Notes: a model not told the origin generated them from the sequence alone. 64,000 bases of DNA from Candidatus Pelagibacterales bacterium (GCA_028412835.1 JAONQW010000001.1:11617-75616), one strand, 5' to 3'; counted from the stretch's first letter, positions 23,257 through 33,250 are shown. Made by a program: numbers and translations.

Positions 23257-24108
23257 ATGACTATCAAAATAAATAACCCTAATCTTTGGATTTCAAGCTT
23301 TCCAATACCTGCTAGAACAGACCATAAATATACTAGAGGCATGGTTCTCATAAATTGTGGTCCTAAGTCTAAAACAGGTGCCGCGCGCCTAGCTGCCAGA
23401 TCTGCAATGAGAGTTGGAGCTGGAGCAGTTAAAATAGTTTGTGATGCAAATGTTATTGATATCATTGAGCCCCAAATATCAGTTGAACTAATTGAGATAG
23501 CTCATAACAAACAAGATTTTCAAAATATATTAAAAGATAAAAAAATTACTGCTGCTTTAATAGGCCCTGGCAATGGTATAAGCGATGAAACTAAAGCAAG
23601 AGCCTTGATGGCTCTAGCTTTCATTGATTATGTTGTTTTAGACGCTGATGCACTAACAGTTTTTTCTGAAAATCCGAAAGAACTTTTTATTGATTGCTAT
23701 CCTCATACAATTTTGACACCACATGAAGGTGAATTTAAAAAAATTTTTGGTAACGAAATTAATAATATTGAAGAACGATCTTTAAAAACTGCCGAGGCTG
23801 CAAAAATATCTAATACTATAGTAGTTTTAAAGGGTGCAGATACTGTCATTGCATCACCAAATGGCAATGTAGTTGTTAATAAGTCTTCAGCAGCATACCT
23901 TGCTACAGCTGGTTCTGGCGATGTATTGGCTGGAATTATCTCTAGTTTAGTTGGTAAAAACAAAATGAATGCTTTTGATGCTGCGTGTGCTGGCGTATGG
24001 ATTCATTCAGAAATTGGAGAAATATTAGGTTCAGGAATGATAGCAGAGGATATTATTGATATGATACCAATTACTGTAAAAAAATTAATTAAATCAAAAC
24101 AACTCTAG
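23257..24108 (+). CDS. nnrD: ADP-dependent NAD(P)H-hydrate dehydratase (YjeF C-terminal domain only)
   Basis: 283 aa with a ribokinase-like fold and the GSGDVLAG motif. No N-terminal epimerase domain. Confidence 0.85.
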   Translation: MTIKINNPNLWISSFPIPARTDHKYTRGMVLINCGPKSKTGAARLAARSAMRVGAGAVKIVCDANVIDIIEPQISVELIEIAHNKQDFQNILKDKKITAALIGPGNGISDETKARALMALAFIDYVVLDADALTVFSENPKELFIDCYPHTILTPHEGEFKKIFGNEINNIEERSLKTAEAAKISNTIVVLKGADTVIASPNGNVVVNKSSAAYLATAGSGDVLAGIISSLVGKNKMNAFDAACAGVWIHSEIGEILGSGMIAEDIIDMIPITVKKLIKSKQL

Positions 24109-24143
24109 ATATTCTCTAAATAGAAAGTATATATAATATATAT

Positions 24144-25961
24144 ATGCACAATAAAACGCTCTTTGTAATTATATTTATATTTATTTTTAATTTTTCCTAT
24201 TCGTCAGCTAATGATTCAACTGTAACGGTTCAAGGTTTTCAAATTAATGGTACAAATATTTATGAAGGCAATAATCGAAATGTTTTTGGTTGGCTAGGTC
24301 TACCTTACGCAGAACCTCCAATAGGAGATTTAAGATGGAAAGCACCAAGAGACTTTTCTGGGTTTAATGGTAATTTTGATGCAATTAATTTACCTAGTAG
24401 ATGCACGCAAGTTTCAAATACTTATGATGAAATTATGGAGGATCTTAAGCCGGGTCAAATTATTGGCAATGAAGACTGCTTATATTTAAACGTTTATCGT
24501 CCTGATAACATTGATTTTAATCAAAAAAAATTGCCTGTTATGTTTTGGATACATGGCGGAGGTAATACTTGGGGTTACTCAGCAAGTGACATGACTACAC
24601 CAAAAGAATTTCTTAATAAACATGATGTTATTTTGGTTACAGTAAATTATCGATTAGGACCCTTTGGATGGCTTGCCTTAAATGACTTTAATAAAGACTC
24701 AAGTAATCCACTAGATCAAACTTATAATTTTGGAACACTGGACTTAGTAAAAGCACTAGAATGGGTTAACCAAAACATTGAAGATTTTGGTGGTGACAAT
24801 AGTAATGTAACTATCTTCGGTGAATCTGCTGGGGCTAGAAACGTCATGTCTTTAATGGTTGCACCTCAAAGCAAAGATTTATTTCATCGAGCTATTTCTC
24901 AAAGTGGCTATTTAAATGGTGATACCTTAGAGGAGGCTATTAATAAACCAAGGGCGGGTTCGCTTGAGTTCGTTAAAAATAAATTAGAGATTAAATTTCC
25001 AAACATTTCTGAATCAGAAATGAATGAATTTATTCTAGATAACAAAAAATTAGAGAGTTTTTTAAGATCATTGTCAGCAGATGAAATAATATCATTTTAT
25101 AGAGTAAGAGAAGGGGTAGGCGGTCTGATTGATGTACCTAATTCAATACCTGATGGAATTGTGATACCAAATGAAGGCTTATTTAAATCATATGAAAACG
25201 GTCTAGCTCACGATGTACCAATTATTTTTGGAACAAATAGAGATGAGCACAAACTTTTTATGTTCGACAATCCTGAATTTGTTGAATCAAAAGGCTTCTT
25301 TTTTCTTGAAAAAATATTTGATGTTTTAGATTTTAGATATGTTCCACTAGATGAGAACTACTACGAAGTTTACTCAAAGTATATGTCAATGTCATGGAAA
25401 ATTGGTGGAGCAGATGATCCAGCAAATATATTAAATAAATACAATAAATCACATGTTTACAGCTACAGATTTGACTGGGATGAAGAACCTACATTTGCAT
25501 GGATTGATTATGCAAAATATTTAGGTGCGGCACATGGTCTAGAAATACCATTCATCTTTGATAATATTAATCGAACCAACTTATTATCTTACATTCTTTA
25601 TGATGATAATAATATTGAAACTGATCAAGAGCTTGCAAACCAAATGGGTAAATATTGGACCAACTTTGCTTATACTGGGAGTCCAAATAATGGACCTTAC
25701 AATGATTTAGTTGGGTGGAAAACTTGGTCGAAACAATCACAACAATATATTATTTTTGACAGTTCAAATGATCAAGGTATTAGGATGCAAGTAAACACAG
25801 ATAATGGTTCATCGCTAATGCAAGGCTTGGCAGGCGAAAATATTTCTACAAATCAAAAATGTTATATAGTTGATAAAATTTTTGTAAATACAACGTTACC
25901 GATCGAAAAAGTTAATATTTTTTATGACAATTTTTTAGATGGTGCATGTAACAAAAATTAG
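24144..25961 (+). CDS. type-B carboxylesterase/lipase family protein, secreted
   Basis: 605 aa with a signal-like N-terminus (FVIIFIFIFNFSYSSA), WIHGGGN oxyanion motif, FGESAGA nucleophile elbow and a GAAHGLE His region. Confidence 0.88.
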   Translation: MHNKTLFVIIFIFIFNFSYSSANDSTVTVQGFQINGTNIYEGNNRNVFGWLGLPYAEPPIGDLRWKAPRDFSGFNGNFDAINLPSRCTQVSNTYDEIMEDLKPGQIIGNEDCLYLNVYRPDNIDFNQKKLPVMFWIHGGGNTWGYSASDMTTPKEFLNKHDVILVTVNYRLGPFGWLALNDFNKDSSNPLDQTYNFGTLDLVKALEWVNQNIEDFGGDNSNVTIFGESAGARNVMSLMVAPQSKDLFHRAISQSGYLNGDTLEEAINKPRAGSLEFVKNKLEIKFPNISESEMNEFILDNKKLESFLRSLSADEIISFYRVREGVGGLIDVPNSIPDGIVIPNEGLFKSYENGLAHDVPIIFGTNRDEHKLFMFDNPEFVESKGFFFLEKIFDVLDFRYVPLDENYYEVYSKYMSMSWKIGGADDPANILNKYNKSHVYSYRFDWDEEPTFAWIDYAKYLGAAHGLEIPFIFDNINRTNLLSYILYDDNNIETDQELANQMGKYWTNFAYTGSPNNGPYNDLVGWKTWSKQSQQYIIFDSSNDQGIRMQVNTDNGSSLMQGLAGENISTNQKCYIVDKIFVNTTLPIEKVNIFYDNFLDGACNKN

Positions 25962-25983
25962 GCTTATCATTTTATAAATAGCT

Positions 25984-26130
25984 ATGCACAATAAAAAATT
26001 GTTGCCTTCAAAAATCTGCTTAGTTTGTAAATTACCATTTAATTGGCGAAAAAAATGGGAAAAAAATTGGAAGAATGTAAAGTATTGCTCTGAAAAATGT
26101 TCTCGTAGTAAAAATAAATTGCTTAAATAA
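25984..26130 (+). CDS. small zinc-ribbon protein, DUF2256-like
   Basis: 48-aa ORF below the track cutoff: [48 protein letters not shown]. It has CxxC plus CxxxC pairs and a basic tail. The family call is from memory. Confidence 0.6.
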   Translation: MHNKKLLPSKICLVCKLPFNWRKKWEKNWKNVKYCSEKCSRSKNKLLK

Positions 26131-26153
26131 AAAATAAAATTCATAATATTTTT

Positions 26154-26336
26154 ATGGACACTGATGACTTAGAGCTTGTTATTAAAACAAAAGAGATTGA
26201 TTTTGATACATTAAGTATATCTGAGCTTGAGCTTTATATTCTTGATCTTGAGGCTGAAATTATAAAGTGTAAAAATTTTATCGTAAGCAAAGGAAAAGAT
26301 AAAGAGCTTGCTGAGAGTGTCTTTAAAAAAAAATAA
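26154..26336 (+). CDS. DUF1192-like small coiled-coil protein
   Basis: 60 aa. LSISELELYILDLEAEIIKCK resembles the alphaproteobacterial DUF1192 pattern (L.EL..RI..LE.EI). Confidence 0.6.
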   Translation: MDTDDLELVIKTKEIDFDTLSISELELYILDLEAEIIKCKNFIVSKGKDKELAESVFKKK

Positions 26337-26349
26337 AGGAAAAAAAATT

Positions 26350-26700
26350 ATGAGTTCTATTGAAATTAAAAATTTTAATAATCCAGATGAAACAAATACC
26401 AAATTTAATAATGCAAAAATAGATGCTGTAAATGTTGGTGGACAGCGTGTTAATCGTTTGACACTCCAACCTGGATGGAAATGGTCAGTTGATATAAAGC
26501 CTAATGTTGGTGGCGACTCTTGCCAAGCATCTCATTTAGGAATTGTTCACTCTGGCACTATTCATTGTGTTTGTGATGATGGAAGCGAGGCTTCTTATAC
26601 TGAAGGTGATGTTTATTCTATAAAGCCCGGTCATGATGCTTGGGTAGTAGGCGATGAACAATGTGTTGTTACTGAGTTTGCAGGAATTTGGGGCGAATAA
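26350..26700 (+). CDS. cupin domain protein
   Basis: 116 aa from ATG 26350, preferred over the 26308 start that overlaps the previous gene. Has beta-barrel-type sequence with H..G..H-like (HLGIVHSG) and GDVYSIKPGH segments. Confidence 0.6.
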   Translation: MSSIEIKNFNNPDETNTKFNNAKIDAVNVGGQRVNRLTLQPGWKWSVDIKPNVGGDSCQASHLGIVHSGTIHCVCDDGSEASYTEGDVYSIKPGHDAWVVGDEQCVVTEFAGIWGE

Positions 26701-26779
26701 TAATTTTATTATTCAGTCTTATATATATATATTGATCTAAATTTAAGTGTTATGGTGAAATTTATTCATTGTAACACTT

Positions 26780-27652
26780 ATGCAGCCTAAACATTTAGCT
26801 TTAGTTTTATTGGTAATGGTCCTTTATGGAAGTGCTTATCCAGTAGGTAAAATAGGAACTTTAGACGCACCGCCATTATTTCTTTCTGCAATGAGAGTGC
26901 TTTGTGTTTTTTTATTTTTCCTTCCTTTTTTTAAATTTAGATTACCTCCTAGACAACTCTATTTACCATTAGTTGGATTTGCAGCTTCAATGGGAGTTTG
27001 TACTTATGCATTTATGTATTATGCCCTTAGTTTTACATCTATTGTTGCACCTATTATTATTGGTGCTCAATTAGCAATACCATTTGGATTGATTTTAAGT
27101 TTAATTTTTTTAAAAGAAGAAATCTCATTATTTAAATGGATACTTATTTTTTTTGCATTCGCAGGTATCGTAGTGATTGCTTACGATCCAAATTTTATAA
27201 ATGAACGAATTGCCCTTATATTTTGTATACTTATGGCTTTCTTTTACGCACTAGCAAACATGATGGCAAGAAGGTTAAAAGATATTGATACTTCTGTTTT
27301 AAATGGATGGTGTAATTTTTTAGCTTTTTTCCCCTTAATAATTGCTTCTTTTATTTTAGATGGAAACCCAATTAACATTATTTCCAATTTAAATAATTCA
27401 ACCTTCATAGTTATTTTACATGCATCTTTAATAGTATCAGTAATCGGTCATGCAGGTATGTTTTATCTGTATCGATTTTATCCCGTCGCTACGGTGCTTC
27501 CTTTTTATTCATTGTTTCCAATTTTTGGAATAATATTAACCTATCTTATGTTTAGAGAAATTTTAACGATGCAACAATTTATTGGCAGTGTACTAGTTAT
27601 TGGCTCTGTTTATTTAATTCATCGTGAAAACAAAAAAGAGATGGGTGTTTAA
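26780..27652 (+). CDS. EamA/DMT-family transporter
   Basis: 290 aa, about 10 TM, with two EamA-like halves. Its stop abuts the next gene's ATG. Confidence 0.8.
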   Translation: MQPKHLALVLLVMVLYGSAYPVGKIGTLDAPPLFLSAMRVLCVFLFFLPFFKFRLPPRQLYLPLVGFAASMGVCTYAFMYYALSFTSIVAPIIIGAQLAIPFGLILSLIFLKEEISLFKWILIFFAFAGIVVIAYDPNFINERIALIFCILMAFFYALANMMARRLKDIDTSVLNGWCNFLAFFPLIIASFILDGNPINIISNLNNSTFIVILHASLIVSVIGHAGMFYLYRFYPVATVLPFYSLFPIFGIILTYLMFREILTMQQFIGSVLVIGSVYLIHRENKKEMGV

Positions 27653-28531
27653 ATGATTTTATTGGATGGTGGAATGGGGAGACATCTCAAATTTATCGGA
27701 GCACCTTTTGGTCAACCGGAATGGTCTGCATTGGCTTTAATAAAAGACCCAATTTTTGTATTAAAAGCCCACAATGACTTCATTGATGCCGGATCGGACT
27801 ATATTAGTACTAACAGCTATGCAATAGTTCCATTTCACTTAAGTGTAGAAGTATTTAAAGAAAAGGGAAAAGATCTTTTAAATCTCGCTGGACAATTGGC
27901 AAAACAAGCAAAAGAAAATAGCAATACTAATGTAAAAATTGCAGCAAGTATTCCACCAGTACTTGGATCTTACAAACCTGAAACATTTAATTCTGAAGAG
28001 GCAAGGCCAATTCTAGAATTGTTTAGAGATGTGTTGGTACCATATGGAGATGTTATTTTAGGTGAAACTCTAAGTAGTATTGAGGAGATAGAATTAGTGC
28101 AAAATATCTTTAAATCATGTGGAGTGCCTCTGTGGTTAAGCTTAACTCTAGAGGATGATATTACAGATGTGTCACATTCTACCTTAAGATCTGGTGAATC
28201 ATTATTAATGGCTCTTAAAAAAATTGATTTATCTATAGTCGATTCTATCTTGTTTAACTGCAGTCAACCTGAAGTAATGGAAGTTGCAATCAAAACGACA
28301 AGTAACTTCTGTTCAGACAAAGCTAAAATTGGTGTTTATGCAAATGCTTTTCCAGCAATTAATAGTGTACAAAAAGAGGCCAACAATCAAATACGTGAAA
28401 TCAGATCTGATCTAACACCTTCGGGATACTTGTTTTTTGCTGAAAAATGGCAAAAAGCTGGCGCAACTATTATTGGCGGATGCTGTGGAATAGGGCCAGA
28501 TCATATAAGGGAACTTAATAGATTAAAATAA
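27653..28531 (+). CDS. homocysteine S-methyltransferase family protein (MmuM/BHMT-like)
   Basis: 292 aa with LLDGGMG at the N-terminus and Zn-ligand cysteines (NCSQP, GGCCGIGPDHI). Confidence 0.85.
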   Translation: MILLDGGMGRHLKFIGAPFGQPEWSALALIKDPIFVLKAHNDFIDAGSDYISTNSYAIVPFHLSVEVFKEKGKDLLNLAGQLAKQAKENSNTNVKIAASIPPVLGSYKPETFNSEEARPILELFRDVLVPYGDVILGETLSSIEEIELVQNIFKSCGVPLWLSLTLEDDITDVSHSTLRSGESLLMALKKIDLSIVDSILFNCSQPEVMEVAIKTTSNFCSDKAKIGVYANAFPAINSVQKEANNQIREIRSDLTPSGYLFFAEKWQKAGATIIGGCCGIGPDHIRELNRLK

Positions 28532-28663
28532 TTTATAATACTAAAGACCCATGCCACGATGCTATGATTGCTTTTATAGCAAGAATAATATGACAGCGAT
28601 TTTCTTGTATTGTTGTCTTTATTTCATTTCATTTAACGTTAATAGTGGTAATCTCCGTTCAAT

Positions 28664-29131
28664 ATGACTAAAAATTTCGAGAAAACATTATTAAAAAAAT
28701 CATTTGGTTCTTTTGCTACCGGTGTTTGTGTTGCCACGTCGCACTCCGGTGGGTTTACTGTAAATTCATTTGCATCATTAAGTCTTGAGCCACCATTGAT
28801 GATATTTAATATATATAAAACTGAAACTGATCATGTAAGTTTTTTAAACTTAGGACACTTTGCAATAAATTTTCTTGCATCAGATCAAAAAGATATTTCA
28901 AATCTTTTTGCTTCAAAAGATACTGATAAATTATCTAAAGTTAAACATTACAAAACTGAAAATAATATTGCAGTGCTAGATAATACTCTTGGACATTTAG
29001 AATTATCTATTTTTCAGCAAATAGATATAGCTGATCATGTATTAGTTATTGGTAAAGTCGAAAACCTAGCTATTAATGAAAATAAAGAACCACTAATTTA
29101 CTATCGAAGTAATTACAGAGAAATTAAGTAA
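28664..29131 (+). CDS. flavin reductase-like domain protein
   Basis: 155 aa with FGSFATGVCVAT and an FMN-binding split-barrel pattern. Confidence 0.75.
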   Translation: MTKNFEKTLLKKSFGSFATGVCVATSHSGGFTVNSFASLSLEPPLMIFNIYKTETDHVSFLNLGHFAINFLASDQKDISNLFASKDTDKLSKVKHYKTENNIAVLDNTLGHLELSIFQQIDIADHVLVIGKVENLAINENKEPLIYYRSNYREIK

Positions 29132-29169
29132 AAAATATAAATGTTTGAGGTCTAAGGTTTCTAAAAGCT

Positions 29170-29619
29170 CTAGTTAATTAACTTGCTTTCAGAACCGTAT
29201 TTATTTTCTCCATCATCACTTTTAAGGCACCAGAAAATAATTAAATTGATGTAGCCTAAAAACACAATAAGAGAGAGTCTTTCATTAAAGAAACTAATAA
29301 AATAGATTATAATGAACGCTAAATACCAGAATCCAGATCTATTTGTGTCATGTAATCTTCTTATTCTCAATGCTGTAAGTGGGATGAGAGTAAGAAAAAA
29401 TGATACTATTAGTAGAGGACCAATATTTAAATCAATCGTTTGATTGTCTATATACAACTCAAAAGATCTTACACTAAAACCAAAAAGGTTATCTAGAGTT
29501 AAACTTATTAGAGTAAGGATCTCTGCAAATAAATAGAAATACCATAGTTCAGATCTTGTTGCCCTTGAATCAAAATCAAAGCAATTTGCAAAACCTTTTT
29601 TTATTGAGTGAATAAACAT
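29170..29619 (-). CDS. DUF805-family inner membrane protein
   Basis: 149 aa with RATRSELWYFYLF and RRLHDTNRSGFW motifs, both typical of DUF805. Confidence 0.75.
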   Translation of the reverse strand: MFIHSIKKGFANCFDFDSRATRSELWYFYLFAEILTLISLTLDNLFGFSVRSFELYIDNQTIDLNIGPLLIVSFFLTLIPLTALRIRRLHDTNRSGFWYLAFIIIYFISFFNERLSLIVFLGYINLIIFWCLKSDDGENKYGSESKLIN

Positions 29620-29698
29620 ATTGTTGGTATTTTAAGTATTATAATAGTTATTTTTTTAGATCATATTATTATAAAAAATAATATATAATTATACTTAG

Positions 29699-31486
29699 AT
29701 GAATAAATCAATAAAAATAGGGGGCGCAAGTGGGTTTTGGGGTGATTCATTTATAGCAACATCACAACTTTTAAATGCTGACAATAATTTAGATTTTATT
29801 GTCTACGATTATCTGGCTGAAATTACCATGTCAATTTTAGCAAGAGCTCGCTCAAAGGATCCTAAGCTTGGATATGCTACAGATTTTGTTAGCACAGTAA
29901 TGAAGATGAACTTAAGGCAAATTTCTGACCAAAAAGTTAAAATAATTTCAAATGCTGGCGGTGTAAATCCACTTGCTTGTGCTGAAGCAATAAGAGAACT
30001 AATTAAAGAGCAAAACTTAAATCTTAAAGTTGCAGTAATTACTGGTGATGACTTGTTAGATCGTAAATCAGCTGTATTTGACTCAAATATAAGTGAAATG
30101 TTTTCAGGTGAAGCGTTACCAGATCAAAAAAATGTTGTTAGCATTAATGCTTACCTTGGAGCATTTCCAATAGCTGAAGCACTGAAACAAGGTGCCGATA
30201 TAGTTATTACTGGTAGATGTGTTGATAGCGCTGTTACATTAGCTGCATGCATATACAGTTTTAATTGGCATGAAGAAAATTGGAACTATTTAGCTAGTGG
30301 AAGCTTAGCAGGGCATATTATTGAATGTGGCACACAAAGTACTGGTGGCAATTTCACAGATTGGGAGCTTATTGCAGATCAGATTGATACTATGGGCTAT
30401 CCAATTGTAGAAATATTTGAAAACTCAGATTTTAATTGTCTGAAATCCAATAAATCTGGTGGCTTAGTAAGTGTAGGAACTGTATCAGAACAAATGTTAT
30501 ATGAAATAGGTGATCCTCAAGCTTATGTGCTGCCTGACGTAATATGTGATTTTTCAGAAGTCCAAATTAAACAAGTGGATAAAGATATTGTAGAAGTAAA
30601 AGGAGCTATTGGATATCCGGCCCCTAAAGATTACAAAGTATCAATGACTTATTCTGACGGTTTTAGGGGCGGACATTTAATGTCTTTTGTTGGTATAGAC
30701 GCTAGCAAAAAAGCTAATGCATATGGTGAAGCAATTTTTAAGAGATCACGAAATATAATGAAAAAAATGAATATTTCTGACTTTACAGAAACAAGTATAG
30801 AAATTTTAGGAGATGAAAGTCAGTATAGCAAAAAAAATAAATCATTAAATAGTAGAGAAGTAGTACTCAAATATGCTGCAAAGCATGAGGATATAAGGGC
30901 CATAGGTATAATGTTAAAAGAATCTGTTGGATTAGGTTTATCAACACCACCAGGATTATCAGGATTTGCCGGTGCAAGACCTAAGCCATCCCCGGTAGTT
31001 AGACTTTTTTCATTTTTAATTCCAAAATCTACAGTAAATATTAAAGTTTTATTTGAAGATAAAGATTTCGACTCTAAAGTTTATCAGGGACAAGATTTTG
31101 ATCTTACTAAGATCAAAAGACCCATAGAAATAAATACTGACATCGATGATGATCTGATAGATGTCCCTTTAATTAAGATTGCTTACGCCAGAAGTGGTGA
31201 TAAGGGCAACAAAGCCAATATTGGTATTATCGCTAGAGATGCAAAATTCTTTCCATCAATATGTAAGTACATAAATGAAAAAACCATTGAGGAAAATTTT
31301 TCTATCTTTTTAAATGGTACTACTAAGCGATATATTCTGCCAGGATCATATGCAGTTAATTTTTTATTGGATGATGTGCTTGGTGGTGGTGGTGCAGCAA
31401 GTCTTAGAAATGATCCACAAGGAAAAGCTTATGGACAAATTATACTTGATCAGATGATACCTATACCTAAAAAACTATTAAATTAA
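29699..31486 (+). CDS. acyclic terpene utilisation AtuA-family protein (DUF1446 plus C-terminal extension)
   Basis: 595 aa with an N-terminal IGGASGFWGDS, then YLAEITMSILA and ITGRCVDSA. Length fits AtuA-like proteins. Confidence 0.75.
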   Translation: MNKSIKIGGASGFWGDSFIATSQLLNADNNLDFIVYDYLAEITMSILARARSKDPKLGYATDFVSTVMKMNLRQISDQKVKIISNAGGVNPLACAEAIRELIKEQNLNLKVAVITGDDLLDRKSAVFDSNISEMFSGEALPDQKNVVSINAYLGAFPIAEALKQGADIVITGRCVDSAVTLAACIYSFNWHEENWNYLASGSLAGHIIECGTQSTGGNFTDWELIADQIDTMGYPIVEIFENSDFNCLKSNKSGGLVSVGTVSEQMLYEIGDPQAYVLPDVICDFSEVQIKQVDKDIVEVKGAIGYPAPKDYKVSMTYSDGFRGGHLMSFVGIDASKKANAYGEAIFKRSRNIMKKMNISDFTETSIEILGDESQYSKKNKSLNSREVVLKYAAKHEDIRAIGIMLKESVGLGLSTPPGLSGFAGARPKPSPVVRLFSFLIPKSTVNIKVLFEDKDFDSKVYQGQDFDLTKIKRPIEINTDIDDDLIDVPLIKIAYARSGDKGNKANIGIIARDAKFFPSICKYINEKTIEENFSIFLNGTTKRYILPGSYAVNFLLDDVLGGGGAASLRNDPQGKAYGQIILDQMIPIPKKLLN

Positions 31487-32100
31487 TGAACGAATTTAAT
31501 GTCATTATAGCAAATGGCGAATTTCCAATTCATAGCTATCCATTAGAGCTAATAAAAAAAGCAAAAAATATTATTTGTACTGATGGTAGTGCTGAAAAAT
31601 TATTAAATATGAATATTCAACCTGATATTTTAATAGGAGACATGGACTCGACAAAAATAAATTCTGCCGATATTAAAATTAAAATATTAGAAGATAAGAA
31701 TGAGAATAATACAGATCTTGAGAAGGCATTAATTTACTATTCTGAAAATTTTAACAACGAAAAACTATTTATTCTTGGCGCAACAGGCTTAAGGGATGAT
31801 CATAATTTTGCAAACCTACTGTTACTTAATAAATATTCTGAAAGTCTAAGTGTTATGTTTATTACCAATTACTATAAAATATTAGTTAATAAAGGTAAAA
31901 ATATCTATCCATCCACACCATCTCAACAGGTATCAATATTACCACTTAAGAACATTAATAAAGTTACTACTGAGGGTTTAAAATATGAATTGAATGAATC
32001 ACCTCTTGAAGCAAGTAGTACAGGTATAAGTAATATTGCCCTCAATAAAGAGTTTTCAATTAATTCATCAGAAAATGTTTTTGTTTTTTTAGACTTATAA
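31486..32100 (+). CDS. thiamine pyrophosphokinase
   Basis: 204 aa with GDMDS and the NNTDLEKAL motif, plus a C-terminal thiamine-binding-type beta domain. Its start overlaps the AtuA stop (TAATG). Confidence 0.7.
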   Translation: MNEFNVIIANGEFPIHSYPLELIKKAKNIICTDGSAEKLLNMNIQPDILIGDMDSTKINSADIKIKILEDKNENNTDLEKALIYYSENFNNEKLFILGATGLRDDHNFANLLLLNKYSESLSVMFITNYYKILVNKGKNIYPSTPSQQVSILPLKNINKVTTEGLKYELNESPLEASSTGISNIALNKEFSINSSENVFVFLDL

Positions 32101-32104
32101 TATT

Positions 32105-33250
32105 ATGAATTATTCAAATCATGTTGGCATTATAGGCTCTGGTATTTCAGGATTAACACTCGGATGTTGTTTATTAAAGTTTGGAATTGATTGTGTAATT
32201 TTTGAAAAATCAAATGAAATTAGTAAACATGGAGCAGGTATTTCAATTTCTAGAAATGCATTGAAAATTTTAGATAGGCTAGATTTAATTAATTCATTCA
32301 AGGAAGAATCGTTTCAACCAGAAAAAGTTTCCTGGAATTATAAAAATGTTGAGTTTCACACCACTGATTCAGATGTTTTTACTGCAAATAGAAAAAATTT
32401 AATCAAAGTTCTAAATGATAAATATATTAGTCTTGGAGGCAAAACATTATTCAATCATGAAGTAAAAAGTGTAACTTCAAATGGCAAGTCATTAGATTTT
32501 GATAATAATGATAGCTTTAATATTAAACATATAGCAGTTTGTGATGGGATAAAATCTTCAATAAGAGATAGATATTTTATTAAAAAGAATGATATTCAAT
32601 ACAGTGGTTTTAATGCTTGGAGAGGCATTGGAAAATCTAAAAATACGAAAATACAGTTTCATCTTGGCTCAAAATCACATGTGATAAATTATCCAATTAA
32701 TAATGAATTGGATCAAAGCTTTATTGGTATTGTCAAAAACAATAAAGAAAATAATGAATCGTGGGTTACAGAAGGCTCTATAGAAAATTTATTACTTGAA
32801 TTAAATGATGAAGCTGAGTCTATAAAATCAGTTCTCTCAAAAGATCAAAAAATATTTAAATGGGGTATTTTTGTTAGACCACCATTAAAAAAAATATTTT
32901 TAGACAATATTACTTTATTGGGTGATGCAGCACATCCTATGGTTCCTTTTTTAGGACAAGGTGGCTGCATGGCAATAGAAGACGCCTACACATTTGCTCT
33001 TGTCCTTAAAAAAGTTAATTTAAACTTTAATCTTACTCAAAAAATTTATAATAAAATCAGAACTTCTCGAAATATCAAAATTCAAAAAATGTCAATGCAG
33101 CAAGCTCGGCTTAATCATATTGAAAATCATATCATTGCATTAACAAGAAATTTTATTATGAAAAATACAAATATAATTTCAAAGCGGACTAATATTATCT
33201 GGAATTATGACGCACATTACCAGATTGAGTCTGAATTAAAAAAATTATAG
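32105..33250 (+). CDS. FAD-dependent aromatic-ring monooxygenase (salicylate hydroxylase/UbiH-like)
   Basis: 381 aa with GIIGSGISGL (GxGxxG), CDGIKSSIR and GDAAHPMVPFLGQGGCMAIEDA. Confidence 0.85.
   Translation: MNYSNHVGIIGSGISGLTLGCCLLKFGIDCVIFEKSNEISKHGAGISISRNALKILDRLDLINSFKEESFQPEKVSWNYKNVEFHTTDSDVFTANRKNLIKVLNDKYISLGGKTLFNHEVKSVTSNGKSLDFDNNDSFNIKHIAVCDGIKSSIRDRYFIKKNDIQYSGFNAWRGIGKSKNTKIQFHLGSKSHVINYPINNELDQSFIGIVKNNKENNESWVTEGSIENLLLELNDEAESIKSVLSKDQKIFKWGIFVRPPLKKIFLDNITLLGDAAHPMVPFLGQGGCMAIEDAYTFALVLKKVNLNFNLTQKIYNKIRTSRNIKIQKMSMQQARLNHIENHIIALTRNFIMKNTNIISKRTNIIWNYDAHYQIESELKKL

Noticed and set aside
24143-24156. 14-nt identical string TATGCACAATAAAA at the starts of the esterase (24143) and the DUF2256-like gene (25983)
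   Set aside because: It is short and AT-rich, similarity stops immediately on both sides, and it encodes only MHNK. Most likely coincidence.
26308-26349. Longer 130-aa version of the cupin ORF
   Set aside because: The extension overlaps the end of the DUF1192-like gene and consists of a lysine-rich poly-A tract. ATG 26350 gives a typical cupin length.
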